Shown in pieces: positions 36,135-46,253 of a DNA stretch of 64,000 nucleotides (the stretch's first letter is position 1; every line of letters begins with the position of its first letter). Source of the DNA: an uncultured Bifidobacterium sp. GTDB lineage: Bacteria; Actinomycetota; Acidimicrobiia; Acidimicrobiales; Ilumatobacteraceae. Position numbers and translations under genes: made by a program. The notes below the pieces were generated by a model. The model was given only the letters and a program-made list of their open reading frames with translations, made no database searches and was not told the origin of the DNA. The DNA is taken from assembly GCA_964427545.1 (NCBI GenBank), contig CAYRUT010000004.1:3638-67637 (forward strand), given 5' to 3'.

Positions 36135-37373
36135 ATGAGCAACCTGCCACTCGACATCGACCCCTCTGACGCCGGCTTCGACCCTGCCCGTCTCGAGCGC
36201 ATCACCAGCCACTTCGCCAGATTCGTCGACGACGGCCGCCTGCCCGGCTGGCACATCGCCGTGTCGCGCGGGGGCAAGCTGGCATACAACGCCACCTACG
36301 GGCATGCCGACGTGGAGAACGGCAAACCGATCGCCGACGACACGATCTACCGCGTCTATTCGATGACCAAGCCGATCTGCGCAGTCGCCGCCCTCATCCT
36401 CTGGGAGGAAGGCAAGTTCGAGATGCACGACCAGGTGAAGTGGTTCATCCCGTCGTTTGCCGACCAGAAGGTGTTCCGCAGCGGCACTGTGACCGCGCCT
36501 CGGTTCGACCCCGTCACCGAGCCGATGGAGATGTGGCACCTGTTCTCCCACACCGCCGGGCTCACCTACGGCTTCGTGTACTCGAACCCTGTCGACCAGA
36601 TGTACCGCAACGCCGGCTTCGAGTGGGGCACCCCGCGCGACGCATCACTCGCAGACATCTGCGACATGCTCGCCGGTCTTCCGCTGATGTTCCAGCCCGG
36701 CACCGAATGGGCCTACTCGATGTCGATCGACGTGCTGGGTCGCGTGGTCGAGGTGCTCTCCGGGATGACTCTCGGTGAGTTCATGCAGAAGCGCATCTTC
36801 GAACCGCTCGGCATGACCGACACGGCGTTCCACTGCCCCGCCGACAAGGCCGACCGTCTGGCCGCGCTCTACATCCCGAACCCCGCCGACAACCGACGCC
36901 GCGTGCGCAACGACGCAATGGGTGCAGGTGCGGTCACCGAACCGAAGGCGCACCTCGGAGGGGGCGGTCTGGTCTCGACCATGTCCGACTACACGAAGTT
37001 CGCCGAGATGCTGCGTGGCGGCGGCGAACTGAACGGCGTGCGCATTCTCTCGCCGCGAACCGTGCAGTTCATGGCCTCGAACCACCTGCCGGACAATGCC
37101 GACCTCACCGCGTTCGGCCGGCCGTTGTTTGCCGAGACCGCATTCGACGGTGTGGGCTTCGGTCTCAGCGTGAGTGTCACCATCGACCCCGTGAAGGCAA
37201 AGGTGCCGGGCAGCGTCGGTGACTACGGCTGGGGCGGTGCGGCAAGCACAAACTTCACCGTCGACCCGAAGGAAGACCTCGTCTACACGATCATGACTCA
37301 GTTGCTGCCGTCGAGCACGTGGCCGCTACGGCCGCAACTCAAGCAACTGGTGCACCAGGCATTGGTCGACTGA
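36135..37373 (+). CDS. Serine hydrolase (beta-lactamase/esterase class C-like)
   Basis: In-frame ATG at 36135. SxxK 'YSMTKPI'. 412 aa. Confidence 0.85.
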   Translation: MSNLPLDIDPSDAGFDPARLERITSHFARFVDDGRLPGWHIAVSRGGKLAYNATYGHADVENGKPIADDTIYRVYSMTKPICAVAALILWEEGKFEMHDQVKWFIPSFADQKVFRSGTVTAPRFDPVTEPMEMWHLFSHTAGLTYGFVYSNPVDQMYRNAGFEWGTPRDASLADICDMLAGLPLMFQPGTEWAYSMSIDVLGRVVEVLSGMTLGEFMQKRIFEPLGMTDTAFHCPADKADRLAALYIPNPADNRRRVRNDAMGAGAVTEPKAHLGGGGLVSTMSDYTKFAEMLRGGGELNGVRILSPRTVQFMASNHLPDNADLTAFGRPLFAETAFDGVGFGLSVSVTIDPVKAKVPGSVGDYGWGGAASTNFTVDPKEDLVYTIMTQLLPSSTWPLRPQLKQLVHQALVD

Positions 37374-38262
37374 CCGCACGCTTCATCTGCACCGACAGCA
37401 CACCGAGCACCACGAGCCCGGTCGCGATGATGACGAGACCCTGGGCCATCTCGTTGTTGACCCACTCCACCACAGTCATCACGACACCGGCAACGACACA
37501 GAAGGCACCCGCAACCAGCATCTCGGGCGCCAGCAGAACGGTGCCGGCGGCGAACAACACCGCGCCGGTGATGATCGAGGCGGGGCGCGACCAGTCTTCG
37601 GCCGAACCGATGGTCATCGACCCGATGATGATGAACAACGAACCGACTGCGCGCGCAAGTTGTTGCGAGCCGATGCGGGTCAGGCCCGCACCCACGAGGG
37701 TCGCCCCTGCGGCGAGCAGCAGACCACCGTTCAGGAACTGATTCTCGACGTCGATCACCGCACTCAGGGAGATCGCGAGGCCCACCGTACCGACCGACAA
37801 CGATGCGGTGCCCGCGAAACGAGACGGCCGGCAACGTACGACTCCCCACAGTGCGATCGCACCCGTGAGCAGGACACCGATCCACTCGCTGCGCATGTCG
37901 GCCTGGTCGAGCACGATGCCCGTGGCACCTGCCGCGGCGCCGAGCGCCCCCAGTTCGAACACCTCGCCGAGACGTTGACGGATCTCCGGGCCAGACGAGA
38001 GTTTCCACGAGGCGGCACCGAGGGCCGCGGCGAGCACGTACAGAGCGGTGGCAATCGTGCCCACGGAGGCGTCCTCGAGTGCATAGGCAAGCAGACGCAC
38101 CACGCCCGCAGCAATGATCAACGCCGCGAGATACGAGATGAGTTCGCGGATCGAGAACGACCACCGCGGGGCCGACATGATGTCGTTCGCCTGGTCTCCG
38201 GAGATGGCCCCGGAATCAACGAGTCCGTCGAGTAGTTCACGCTGCGTCTTGCTCTGTTCCAT
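37339..38262 (-). CDS. Polytopic membrane protein, unknown function
   Basis: 307 aa with about 8 hydrophobic segments and a GC3-rich frame. Its 3' end overlaps the convergent hydrolase gene by 35 nt. Confidence 0.55.
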   Translation of the reverse strand: MEQSKTQRELLDGLVDSGAISGDQANDIMSAPRWSFSIRELISYLAALIIAAGVVRLLAYALEDASVGTIATALYVLAAALGAASWKLSSGPEIRQRLGEVFELGALGAAAGATGIVLDQADMRSEWIGVLLTGAIALWGVVRCRPSRFAGTASLSVGTVGLAISLSAVIDVENQFLNGGLLLAAGATLVGAGLTRIGSQQLARAVGSLFIIIGSMTIGSAEDWSRPASIITGAVLFAAGTVLLAPEMLVAGAFCVVAGVVMTVVEWVNNEMAQGLVIIATGLVVLGVLSVQMKRAVSRPMPGAPVA

Positions 38263-38283
38263 GGTCGGAAGTGTGACACGGAA

Positions 38284-40407
38284 TCAGGGGTTATGTGTGT
38301 ACCAATCCACGACCGGCCCCACGGCTGCATCGAGCAACGGTGCGACAAAACTTGCGTACGTCACGGTGATGTGGTTGTCGTCGCGGTACACCAACAGATT
38401 TCCCACGATGGTGGGACACATGTTCGCCGTGCAGAACCAGTTGCGCACCCACACGACATGCTCGCCCGCCGCATCGAAATCACGCCGCATCTCGAACATG
38501 TCGTCGCGGTAACCGTTCGTGAGCGTCGGCGAACACTGGTGGACATCGGTGTAGTTGCGGCTGAGACATGCGGGGATCGACTGGCCCGGGTACGGCGTGT
38601 CTTCCACCAGTATCGGGGTGATCCCGCGCGCACGCAGTGCGTCGAGTGTTCCCTGCATGCCCTCACGCCATTCTTTCTGCCACATCGGCTTGCGCGTGGT
38701 GGCCGACAGCAGGCGGTCGAAGTGGGCCACGAACGCAAACTTCACTCCGTCGGCAACCATGGCATCGAGAACGTTCGCACGCCACTTCTTGCATTCCGGG
38801 TACACCCGGCCGAGCACCTTGTTGTAGACGCTTATCTCGGCCGGCGGGCACCCCGCCTTGGTGTACACGTTCAGTTTCCACTTGCGCTTCACGGCGACCT
38901 TCTCGAATGCGGGGAACCACTGCGCCGCATGTGAGTCGCCGTACAGGGCGACGACCACCGGCGATGTCTTGTCTCCGAACGAACAACCCGCCTTCGGTGC
39001 AGTGGGTGTGAAACGCACGTGGCATCCGTCGTCGTAGATGACGGGTTGATCAGACACCGCAGCCTGCAGCGACGGGGTCAGGTTGCCGGGCAGACCGGTG
39101 GCCCGGGCAGCATCGACGATTGCCTGCAGCGGCGAACCGAGTTCGGGCATCGCAGGTGCGACAGGCATGGTCGTGGTGGTTCCCGGGTTCGTGGTGGTCG
39201 TCAACACAGGCGTGGTCGCGTCGGGGCCGAGCGTGATGCTCGGTGGGTTGTTGCGTGCGAGCACCGCAGAACCACCCAGCAGGGCGACGAGTGCCGTCGC
39301 CAGTGCGGCCGCGCGCAGACCGCGGATCGAGATGTTGCGCCGCACGGGGTTCTCGACGAACCTGAACGACAGCTCTGAGAGAACGAGACCGACAGCAGTG
39401 CACACCAGGCCGTCGACGACACTCAACTCGCGGCCGAGTGCCGGTTCGGCGATGATGAGAATCGGCCAGTGCCACAGGTACGCCGAGTACGACCGCGAAC
39501 CCAACCACTGAAACGGCCCGAAACGCAGCAGCGCCACCGGCGCCCACCGGGTCGCGGTTCCACCGGCAATGACACACACGGTCGCCAGCACCGGCACGAG
39601 TGCCCATGGCCCCGGGAACCTCGTCGTCTCGGAGAACAACGCAACGCTCGCCATGATGCCCGCCAGACCGACCCACGACATGCCCGCCGCGAACGCGGTT
39701 GCGATGCGACCCGCAGCCACGGGCAGCACCGCCAACAACGCGCCGAATGCGAGTTCGAACGCCCGCGTGTGGGGGGCAAAGAACGCCCACGGCTGCGACG
39801 TGTTCATGAGCGCCATGCACGCCACGAACGACGCCACCGCGATCACACCCGATGTGACGCCGACACGGACGCGCGCCGTGAAGCGCGACGTGTTCGAGAT
39901 GCCGAGACACACCACGAAGACGAGGGCGGGCCACACGACGTAGAACTGTTCCTCCACGGCGAGGCTCCAGTAGTGCTGCAAAGGCGACGGCGGGAACGAC
40001 GACTGCAGGTAGTCGGCGCCCCTGTGGGCGAACAGCAGGTTCGAGGAGAAACCGGCAGTGGCGATCATGTCGCTCGTCAGCGAGCGCACCCGGATCGGTT
40101 CGAGCCAGACGTACGACGCGGCGAGTGTGACCACGGCGACGAGTGACGACACGGGCAGCAGACGCCGGATGCGACGGGAGTAGAACGAGCCCAGCGAGAT
40201 GCCCCCCGTCGAGGTGCGTTCGTGCACCAGAAGAGAGGTGATGAGGAAACCCGAGAGCACGAAGAAGACGTCGACGCCCACGTACCCGCCGTCGAGACCG
40301 GGAACACCGGCATGGAAGAGCAGCACCGCGGCGACGGCAATGGCCCTCAGGCCCTCGATGTCTTCCCGCCGTTGCACGTCATCAAGTATTGCCTGCAGAC
40401 CCTGCAC
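38284..40407 (-). CDS. Acyltransferase-3 family protein with a C-terminal SGNH domain (OafA/YrhL-like O-acetyltransferase)
   Basis: 707 aa. 'IEGLRAIAVAAVLLFHAGVPGLDGGYVGVDVFFVLSGFLIT', multiple TM segments, then a soluble domain with 'VVALYGDSHAAQW'. Confidence 0.85.
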   Translation of the reverse strand: MQGLQAILDDVQRREDIEGLRAIAVAAVLLFHAGVPGLDGGYVGVDVFFVLSGFLITSLLVHERTSTGGISLGSFYSRRIRRLLPVSSLVAVVTLAASYVWLEPIRVRSLTSDMIATAGFSSNLLFAHRGADYLQSSFPPSPLQHYWSLAVEEQFYVVWPALVFVVCLGISNTSRFTARVRVGVTSGVIAVASFVACMALMNTSQPWAFFAPHTRAFELAFGALLAVLPVAAGRIATAFAAGMSWVGLAGIMASVALFSETTRFPGPWALVPVLATVCVIAGGTATRWAPVALLRFGPFQWLGSRSYSAYLWHWPILIIAEPALGRELSVVDGLVCTAVGLVLSELSFRFVENPVRRNISIRGLRAAALATALVALLGGSAVLARNNPPSITLGPDATTPVLTTTTNPGTTTTMPVAPAMPELGSPLQAIVDAARATGLPGNLTPSLQAAVSDQPVIYDDGCHVRFTPTAPKAGCSFGDKTSPVVVALYGDSHAAQWFPAFEKVAVKRKWKLNVYTKAGCPPAEISVYNKVLGRVYPECKKWRANVLDAMVADGVKFAFVAHFDRLLSATTRKPMWQKEWREGMQGTLDALRARGITPILVEDTPYPGQSIPACLSRNYTDVHQCSPTLTNGYRDDMFEMRRDFDAAGEHVVWVRNWFCTANMCPTIVGNLLVYRDDNHITVTYASFVAPLLDAAVGPVVDWYTHNP

Positions 40408-40549
40408 GCATCAGGCTGTCCGATCGGCAGAGCCGACAGTCACCCTGCACGATCTCGTTGATTCGGGCCGAAGTCAGCGGGAATCGGTCGGCATTGCCCG
40501 TTCGTCTAAGGTTCATCCATCCACAACAACGGCTAACCAAGGAGTCACT

Positions 40550-41350
40550 ATGGCCCGTTATTCACGTGTGCTCGCGACATTTGCGGCACTTTCACTCGTC
40601 GTTGCCGCATGCGGCGGCGACGATTCATCATCAGACACCACCGTCGCCGGTGGCGGCGAGCTCGAGCTCGTGAAGGACGGTGTCCTCACGGTGTGCTCCG
40701 ACGCCCCCTACGAACCGTTCGAGTACCAGGACGAGAACGGTGAATGGACCGGCTTCGACATGGACGTCGTGCGTGCAATCGCCACGGAGAACGGCCTCGA
40801 ACTCGAAGTCAGTGTGCAGCCGTTCGACGGCATCTGGCTTGCCCCTGCTGCAGGCAAGTGCGACATGGTCGCCTCGTCGATGACCATCACCGAAGAGCGT
40901 GAGAACGCGGCCGACTTCACGAAGAGCTACTTCGACGCCTTCCAGTCGCTTCTCGTCCGCAGTGACGACGCAGAGACCTACAACTCTCTCGACGCGCTCG
41001 CCGGCAAGACCATCGCAGTGCAGACCGGCACCACCGGCGAGGCATTCGCCAACGAGAACAAGCCCGAGGGCGCGACGATCCAGTCGTTCGACGAGGCATC
41101 AGCAATGTTCCTCGCGCTCGAGTCGGGTCAGGTCGATGCAGTGCTGCAGGACTACCTGATCAACAAAGAGCGTGCCGACAAGCAGGGAACCTCGACGGTC
41201 TCGGTGAAGTTCGAGGACACCCCCGAGCAGTACGGCTTTGCCGTCGAGACCGGAAACTCGGCTCTTCTCGACATCCTGAACAAGGGCATCGACGATCTGA
41301 AGGCCTCCGGCGAGTACCAGAAGATCTACGACAAGTACTTCATCGGCTGA
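40550..41350 (+). CDS. Polar amino-acid ABC transporter substrate-binding lipoprotein
   Basis: ATG at 40550 with an AAGGAG RBS. Lipobox 'LVVAAC'. 'FEYQDENGEWTGFDMDVVRAIA' is SBP family-3 like. Confidence 0.85.
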   Translation: MARYSRVLATFAALSLVVAACGGDDSSSDTTVAGGGELELVKDGVLTVCSDAPYEPFEYQDENGEWTGFDMDVVRAIATENGLELEVSVQPFDGIWLAPAAGKCDMVASSMTITEERENAADFTKSYFDAFQSLLVRSDDAETYNSLDALAGKTIAVQTGTTGEAFANENKPEGATIQSFDEASAMFLALESGQVDAVLQDYLINKERADKQGTSTVSVKFEDTPEQYGFAVETGNSALLDILNKGIDDLKASGEYQKIYDKYFIG

Positions 41351-41387
41351 TCAGACCGATCCGGTCGAACCAGACAACGAGGGGGCC

Positions 41388-42179
41388 ATGGCGATCAGCA
41401 AGCGCAAGCGTGCGATGTACACACGGTATGCCGTGTATGCACTCAGCATCGCTGCACTTGCCGCCATGGTCCTTTTCGTCGACTGGGACAAACTCAGCAA
41501 CGCGATGTTCCGGTGGAACATCGTCAAGGAACAGTTCCCCGACATCCTCACCAAGGCCGCAAAGAACACGGTCATCTTCACGATTCTCGGGTTTGCAGGC
41601 GGGCTCAGCCTCGGTCTGATCTTCGCTCTGATGCGGCTCAGCACCATCCGGCCCTACCGGTGGCTTGCTGCCACCTACATCGAGATCTTCCGCGGGATTC
41701 CTCTCGTGGTCACGCTTCTCATTCTCGGGTTCGGTATCCCGATTGCCACGGGATGGCAGTGGCCGAATGCATACATGCAGGGTGCGGTGCCGCTCGCACT
41801 CGTTGCCTCTGCATACATGGCAGAGACGATCCGGGCCGGAATCGAAGCGGTTCCGAAGGGCCAGATGGAGGCAGCCCGGTCGCTCGGCATGTCGTATCCA
41901 CGGGCAATGGGAACCATCGTGATTCCCCAGGCACTGCGCATCATCGTGCCGCCGCTCACGAACGAGTTCGTCTTGCTCATCAAGGACACCTCCTTGATCT
42001 CGGTTCTCGGCGTCACCGATGCCACGAAGGACCTTGCGCGCTTCGGTCGCGACGGTGTCAACTCGACGGCCAACGCGACTCCCCTGATGGTTGCCGGCCT
42101 GGTCTACCTGGCGATGACTCTCCCCCTCACGCAGTTGGTCGCGTGGATGGAACGGCGTGCAAAGGCGGCGGGCAAGTGA
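41388..42179 (+). CDS. Amino-acid ABC transporter permease
   Basis: 263 aa with the EAA-like loop '[24 protein letters not shown]'. Confidence 0.9.
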   Translation: MAISKRKRAMYTRYAVYALSIAALAAMVLFVDWDKLSNAMFRWNIVKEQFPDILTKAAKNTVIFTILGFAGGLSLGLIFALMRLSTIRPYRWLAATYIEIFRGIPLVVTLLILGFGIPIATGWQWPNAYMQGAVPLALVASAYMAETIRAGIEAVPKGQMEAARSLGMSYPRAMGTIVIPQALRIIVPPLTNEFVLLIKDTSLISVLGVTDATKDLARFGRDGVNSTANATPLMVAGLVYLAMTLPLTQLVAWMERRAKAAGK

Positions 42180-42937
42180 CGAACGAACCCGTCTTCATCG
42201 ACGACTACGTGGTCAGCATCAGCGACCTCAACAAGTCTTTCGGTTCGAACCATGTGCTGCGAGGCATCGATCTCGACGTGCAGCGCGGTGAGGTGGTCTG
42301 CATCATCGGGCCCTCCGGTTCGGGGAAGAGCACGCTGTTGCGCTGCGTGAACATGCTCGAGCAACCGTCGAGCGGTCGCATCGTGGTGCTCGGTCGCGAA
42401 CTCACCCATGTCGACTGCGACATCGACGAGGCACGCACGAAGATCGGCATGGTCTTCCAGCAGTTCAACCTCTTCCCGCACATGACAGCCCTCGAGAACG
42501 TGTGCATCGCACAGAGAAAGGTGCTGAAGCGCCACCCGGCGGTTGCAGAAGAGATCGGTCGTTCGTTGCTGCAGCGTGTCGGGCTCGGCGAGAAAGCGAA
42601 CGCATACCCCGGACAACTGTCCGGCGGTCAGCAGCAGCGTGTCGCGATCGCGCGCGCCCTCGCGATGAACCCCGACGTCATGTTGTTCGACGAGGCAACG
42701 AGCGCACTCGACCCTGAACTCGTCGGTGAGGTGCTGCAGGTCATGCGCTCACTGGCAGACGAGGGAATGACCATGCTGGTCGTGACCCACGAGATGGGGT
42801 TTGCGTCCAATGTCGCCTCTCGCGTCGTGTTCATGGACGGCGGCGTGATCGTCGAGCAGGGACCCCCCTCCCAGGTCATCTCCGCACCCCGGGAAGAGCG
42901 CACCCGCACCTTCCTGGCCAACGTTCTCAATCACTGA
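42176..42937 (+). CDS. Amino-acid ABC transporter ATP-binding protein
   Basis: GTG at 42176 overlaps the permease stop (GTGA). Walker A 'GPSGSGKST', signature '[15 protein letters not shown]' and Walker B '[12 protein letters not shown]'. Confidence 0.9.
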   Translation: MTNEPVFIDDYVVSISDLNKSFGSNHVLRGIDLDVQRGEVVCIIGPSGSGKSTLLRCVNMLEQPSSGRIVVLGRELTHVDCDIDEARTKIGMVFQQFNLFPHMTALENVCIAQRKVLKRHPAVAEEIGRSLLQRVGLGEKANAYPGQLSGGQQQRVAIARALAMNPDVMLFDEATSALDPELVGEVLQVMRSLADEGMTMLVVTHEMGFASNVASRVVFMDGGVIVEQGPPSQVISAPREERTRTFLANVLNH

Positions 42938-42953
42938 CCACCCTTTTTCTAGG

Positions 42954-43637
42954 GTGCGCGCCATGACCGACCAACGCGACCGTATCCAGTCTCTACTCAC
43001 GCTGGCGAGACACCCCAACACCCCCCAGGCAGAGGCAGAGACAGCCCTCGCACTCGCATCGAAGCTGATGCAGAAGCACGGTCTGTCGGCCAGCGACGTG
43101 GCCGATGCCGCACCTGTCGACGACACCGAGGTCGTCATCCGTCGTTTCATGGTCAGCGGTCTGTACCGCGTGCGCCGCCAGAACTTGTTGTGGCACATCG
43201 CGAGACTCCATTCGTGCGACGGGTACCGCGACGACGACGAAGACGACTCGTGCATAGTGGTTCTCTACGGCCGCGACAACGACATCACCGCCGCGTACAC
43301 GCTCTTCTGTGCCGCCGACATTCTCGGTGCACGTCTCCTGCCGCGCGGCGACCGGTCGTGGCGCACCACGTGGTGGAACGGTTTCATCAACGGCATCGTC
43401 GATGCTCTCGGTTCGGCACGCAACGAGTTCATCAGCGAGAGCCCGGGTTCGGGTCTCGTGCTGGCCGACCGCATGAAGCGCGCGCAGCGTGAGATGCGCG
43501 CAACAGCGCCGCCGTTGACCGGCAGTCGCTCGTACACCGACACCTCGTCGGGTGCGTATGCAAGCGGCCGGGCTGCCGGGCGCGGATTCTCCACCGGTGG
43601 TCGCTCGTTCACCAGCGGGGTGCGCGGGGAACTGTGA
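42954..43637 (+). CDS. DUF2786 domain-containing protein
   Basis: 227 aa with N-terminal 'RIQSLLTLARHPNTPQAEAETALALASKLMQKHGL' (DUF2786 helix pair) and a Gly/Ser/Arg-rich tail. Confidence 0.7.
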   Translation: MRAMTDQRDRIQSLLTLARHPNTPQAEAETALALASKLMQKHGLSASDVADAAPVDDTEVVIRRFMVSGLYRVRRQNLLWHIARLHSCDGYRDDDEDDSCIVVLYGRDNDITAAYTLFCAADILGARLLPRGDRSWRTTWWNGFINGIVDALGSARNEFISESPGSGLVLADRMKRAQREMRATAPPLTGSRSYTDTSSGAYASGRAAGRGFSTGGRSFTSGVRGEL

Positions 43638-44113
43638 CCCCCGAACTCGACCATCTCCTCGATCGCGCGCGCACGCGGGCACTCGAGTACGGCCGTGGCT
43701 CGCACGAACAGGCACTCACCTACGCCTGCGAAGACATTGCCGACGACCTGGTCGGCACGCGTGAGATCGCCGAACACGACGTCGGCAGGTTGCTCGAGCG
43801 CATCTGCCACACCGAAGACCTCGATGTTCCCCGACTCGAGTTCGCCCGTCAGCGTTCGACATCACTTGCCGCGACAATCATCGACGACAACACCATCTGT
43901 GTGTTCGGCCGCCGCACCACGTTGTCGACACTTCTCCACGAGATCGCACACACCTCGGTGCGCACGCCCGGGCACGGCGTCATGTTCCGCGACGAACTCG
44001 TGCGACTCACCCGCAGGCACCTCTCGGTCGAGTACGCCGCACTCCTGCACTCACTCTTCGTGGGGCTCGGTCTCGATGCGGCGCCGTGGCCGGCGAGCGC
44101 CCACCGTCGTTGA
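43634..44113 (+). CDS. Putative HExxH metallohydrolase (SprT-like / TIGR04338-like)
   Basis: GTG at 43634 overlaps the upstream stop (GTGA). 159 aa. 'TLLHEIAHTSVRTPGHGVMFRDELV' gives HExxH plus a downstream His. Confidence 0.6.
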   Translation: MTPELDHLLDRARTRALEYGRGSHEQALTYACEDIADDLVGTREIAEHDVGRLLERICHTEDLDVPRLEFARQRSTSLAATIIDDNTICVFGRRTTLSTLLHEIAHTSVRTPGHGVMFRDELVRLTRRHLSVEYAALLHSLFVGLGLDAAPWPASAHRR

Positions 44114-44142
44114 CCCCGGCTGCAGGTGACAGACTGACCCGC

Positions 44143-44793
44143 ATGACTCTCACCGACGACTTCTATTCGTTGCTCTCCACCACGCGTTCGATCCGGCGCA
44201 TCGAGAGCACCCCTGTCGACCCCGACTCGCTGAACCGTGTGTGCCAGGCCGCGCTGTGGGCACCGAGCGGCGGCAACAGACAACCGTGGCGCATCATCGT
44301 GGTGACCGACACCTCCCTGAAGCAGCGGATCGCGTCACTGTATGCCGACGAGTGGAGCAAGTACGTCGACTTCAACATCGCACGGCTCGGCGAACAGCCG
44401 GACGACGTGATCGCAAAGGCGCGTTCGCAGTTCGGCACCGGCACCGCCCTCGCAGAGAACCTCGCCGACGTGCCCGTCATCGCGTTCTTCGTGCACGACC
44501 CCGGTGCGCTGTACGTCACCGATGCGGGTTTCGGTCGCCACCCCGTCGTCGGCGGGGCATCGTTGTACCCCGCCGTTCAGAACTTTCTTCTCGCCGCCCG
44601 TGCCGAGGGTCTCGGTGGTGTGCTCACCACGATCATCTGCTCACGCGAGAACGAACTGCGCGAACTGTTGAGATTCCCCGACGGATGGGGTGTCCACGCC
44701 ATGGTTCCCCTGGGCCACCCGAAGGGCAACCACGGCCCGCTCCGGCGTGCACCGTTGTCAGAGATGGTGCATCACGACACCTGGTCGTCTTAG
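44143..44793 (+). CDS. Nitroreductase family protein
   Basis: In-frame ATG at 44143: 'RSIRRIESTPVDPDSLNRVCQAALWAPSGGNRQPWRIIVV'. Confidence 0.85.
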   Translation: MTLTDDFYSLLSTTRSIRRIESTPVDPDSLNRVCQAALWAPSGGNRQPWRIIVVTDTSLKQRIASLYADEWSKYVDFNIARLGEQPDDVIAKARSQFGTGTALAENLADVPVIAFFVHDPGALYVTDAGFGRHPVVGGASLYPAVQNFLLAARAEGLGGVLTTIICSRENELRELLRFPDGWGVHAMVPLGHPKGNHGPLRRAPLSEMVHHDTWSS

Positions 44794-46253
44794 TCGGTTT
44801 CTCTCCACGGAACCGCGACGGGCCACCGGCCCTTCCCGCCGTCCTCCACGAGAAAACCGGTGAGTGTCCGCTCTGCGTGTTCCATTCGCCACTGCAGAAG
44901 TGACCTCGCCTCGCGCCACAACACCGCGGCGTCATCGGTGAGAACACGTTGGTGCGGGTCGGCAGTCAGGTCGAAACACAACGAGTCACCGTCGCCGAAC
45001 TGCACGTAGATGTGCGTCTCGGTGCGCCGCACCGACAGGTTCAACTGCTCGAGCCTGCGTTTCCACGGCCATTCGTACCTGTCGAACGGAATGAGGGCGA
45101 ACCGCCAGTCGTACTCCCAGTGTGCGGCGTCGCGCCACCAATCCGGTTCGACCCCCTCGACGAACGGCGTCAACGGCAGTCCGTCACACTGCGGCGGCAC
45201 CGGTATGTCCATCGCATCGCACAACGTCGGCATGATGTCGACGTTCTCGGTGAACCGCGTGACCACCGAACCGTGCCCGGCAGGGTGTCGCGGGTCCCGG
45301 ACGATGCCGACGATGTGTTGACTGGTGTCCCAGTAGCCGACTTTTTCCTTCAGGCCGTGGTCGCCCAGAAGTTCGGCGTGGTCGGCCACCACCACGATCA
45401 CGGTGTTGTCCCACTGACCCCCGTCGCGCAGCGCCTGCCAGATGCGTCCGAGCTGTGCATCGACCTCGCTGATCATGCCGAAATACTGCGCGCGCATGTG
45501 TGCGAGTTCGTCGGGGTCGGTGGGGGCCTTCGTCGTCTCGAGCTGCAGCATCACCTCGTGGAAACCGTGCACCTCGGCGGCACGTTCGACTGGCAACCCG
45601 ACCGTGGCCGGGTCGTACATCTGTGAGTACGCACCGGCTGCAGAATACGGCGGGTGCGGGCGGATGAAACTTGCGTGTGCAAACCACGGACCCTTCTGGT
45701 CGCCCACCCAGGCCAGCAACTCGCCCGTGAGGAACGCCGAAGTGCTCACCTCGGCGGGTCGTTCGTTCTCGGTTCGCAACAGGTCGAGGATTCCCATGGC
45801 CGTGTCGTGCCCGTGACTCTTCAGGAACTCGCGCCAGGGCCTGTAGTTGCCCGTGAGGTCGAGAGCACTGTCGAAACCGGGCAACACTCCTTCGTACGAC
45901 AGGAGACGGTCGTCGTCGGGCCCGGTGGTGACGCGCGGGTCGACCGACTGGTCGGTGTAGCCGAAAAGTGCGGGGGCGTACCCGGCACGCCGCGCTGCGC
46001 GTGCAATGTTGTCGAACCGGTCGTCGAGCGGCGTGCCGTTCGCGACGACCCGGTGGTTCATCTGGTACATGCCCGTGTACAACGACGCGCGGCCCGGCCC
46101 GCACGGCGATGCCTGGCTGTAGTGGCGCGACAACCGCACACCGTTGCGGGCGAGATCGTCGAGATGCGGCGTGCGCACCACCGGATGGCCCGCCGACGAG
46201 AGACAGTCCCCGCGGAACTGGTCGAGCGTGATGAGAAGAACGTTCGGTCTCAT
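44790..46253 (-). CDS. Sulfatase family protein (alkaline-phosphatase superfamily, CxPxR type)
   Basis: 487 aa: 'NVLLITLDQFRGD' and 'SPCGPGRASLYTG' (C-x-P-x-R). Confidence 0.85.
   Translation of the reverse strand: MRPNVLLITLDQFRGDCLSSAGHPVVRTPHLDDLARNGVRLSRHYSQASPCGPGRASLYTGMYQMNHRVVANGTPLDDRFDNIARAARRAGYAPALFGYTDQSVDPRVTTGPDDDRLLSYEGVLPGFDSALDLTGNYRPWREFLKSHGHDTAMGILDLLRTENERPAEVSTSAFLTGELLAWVGDQKGPWFAHASFIRPHPPYSAAGAYSQMYDPATVGLPVERAAEVHGFHEVMLQLETTKAPTDPDELAHMRAQYFGMISEVDAQLGRIWQALRDGGQWDNTVIVVVADHAELLGDHGLKEKVGYWDTSQHIVGIVRDPRHPAGHGSVVTRFTENVDIMPTLCDAMDIPVPPQCDGLPLTPFVEGVEPDWWRDAAHWEYDWRFALIPFDRYEWPWKRRLEQLNLSVRRTETHIYVQFGDGDSLCFDLTADPHQRVLTDDAAVLWREARSLLQWRMEHAERTLTGFLVEDGGKGRWPVAVPWRETD

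Noticed and set aside
40408-40549. 142-nt leader upstream of the amino-acid ABC transporter, examined for a riboswitch or T-box
   Set aside because: It contains only short palindromes (CCGATCGG; GCCGAC...GTCGGC). I could match it to no known riboswitch consensus by eye. It would need an Rfam/cmscan search to settle.
42954-44113. DUF2786/HExxH pair considered as a remnant of a prophage, ICE or other mobile element
   Set aside because: No integrase, transposase, terminal repeats, tRNA attachment site or compositional break is visible in the flanks, which are an ABC transporter upstream and a nitroreductase downstream. It is therefore kept as a chromosomal two-gene module rather than a mobile_element feature.
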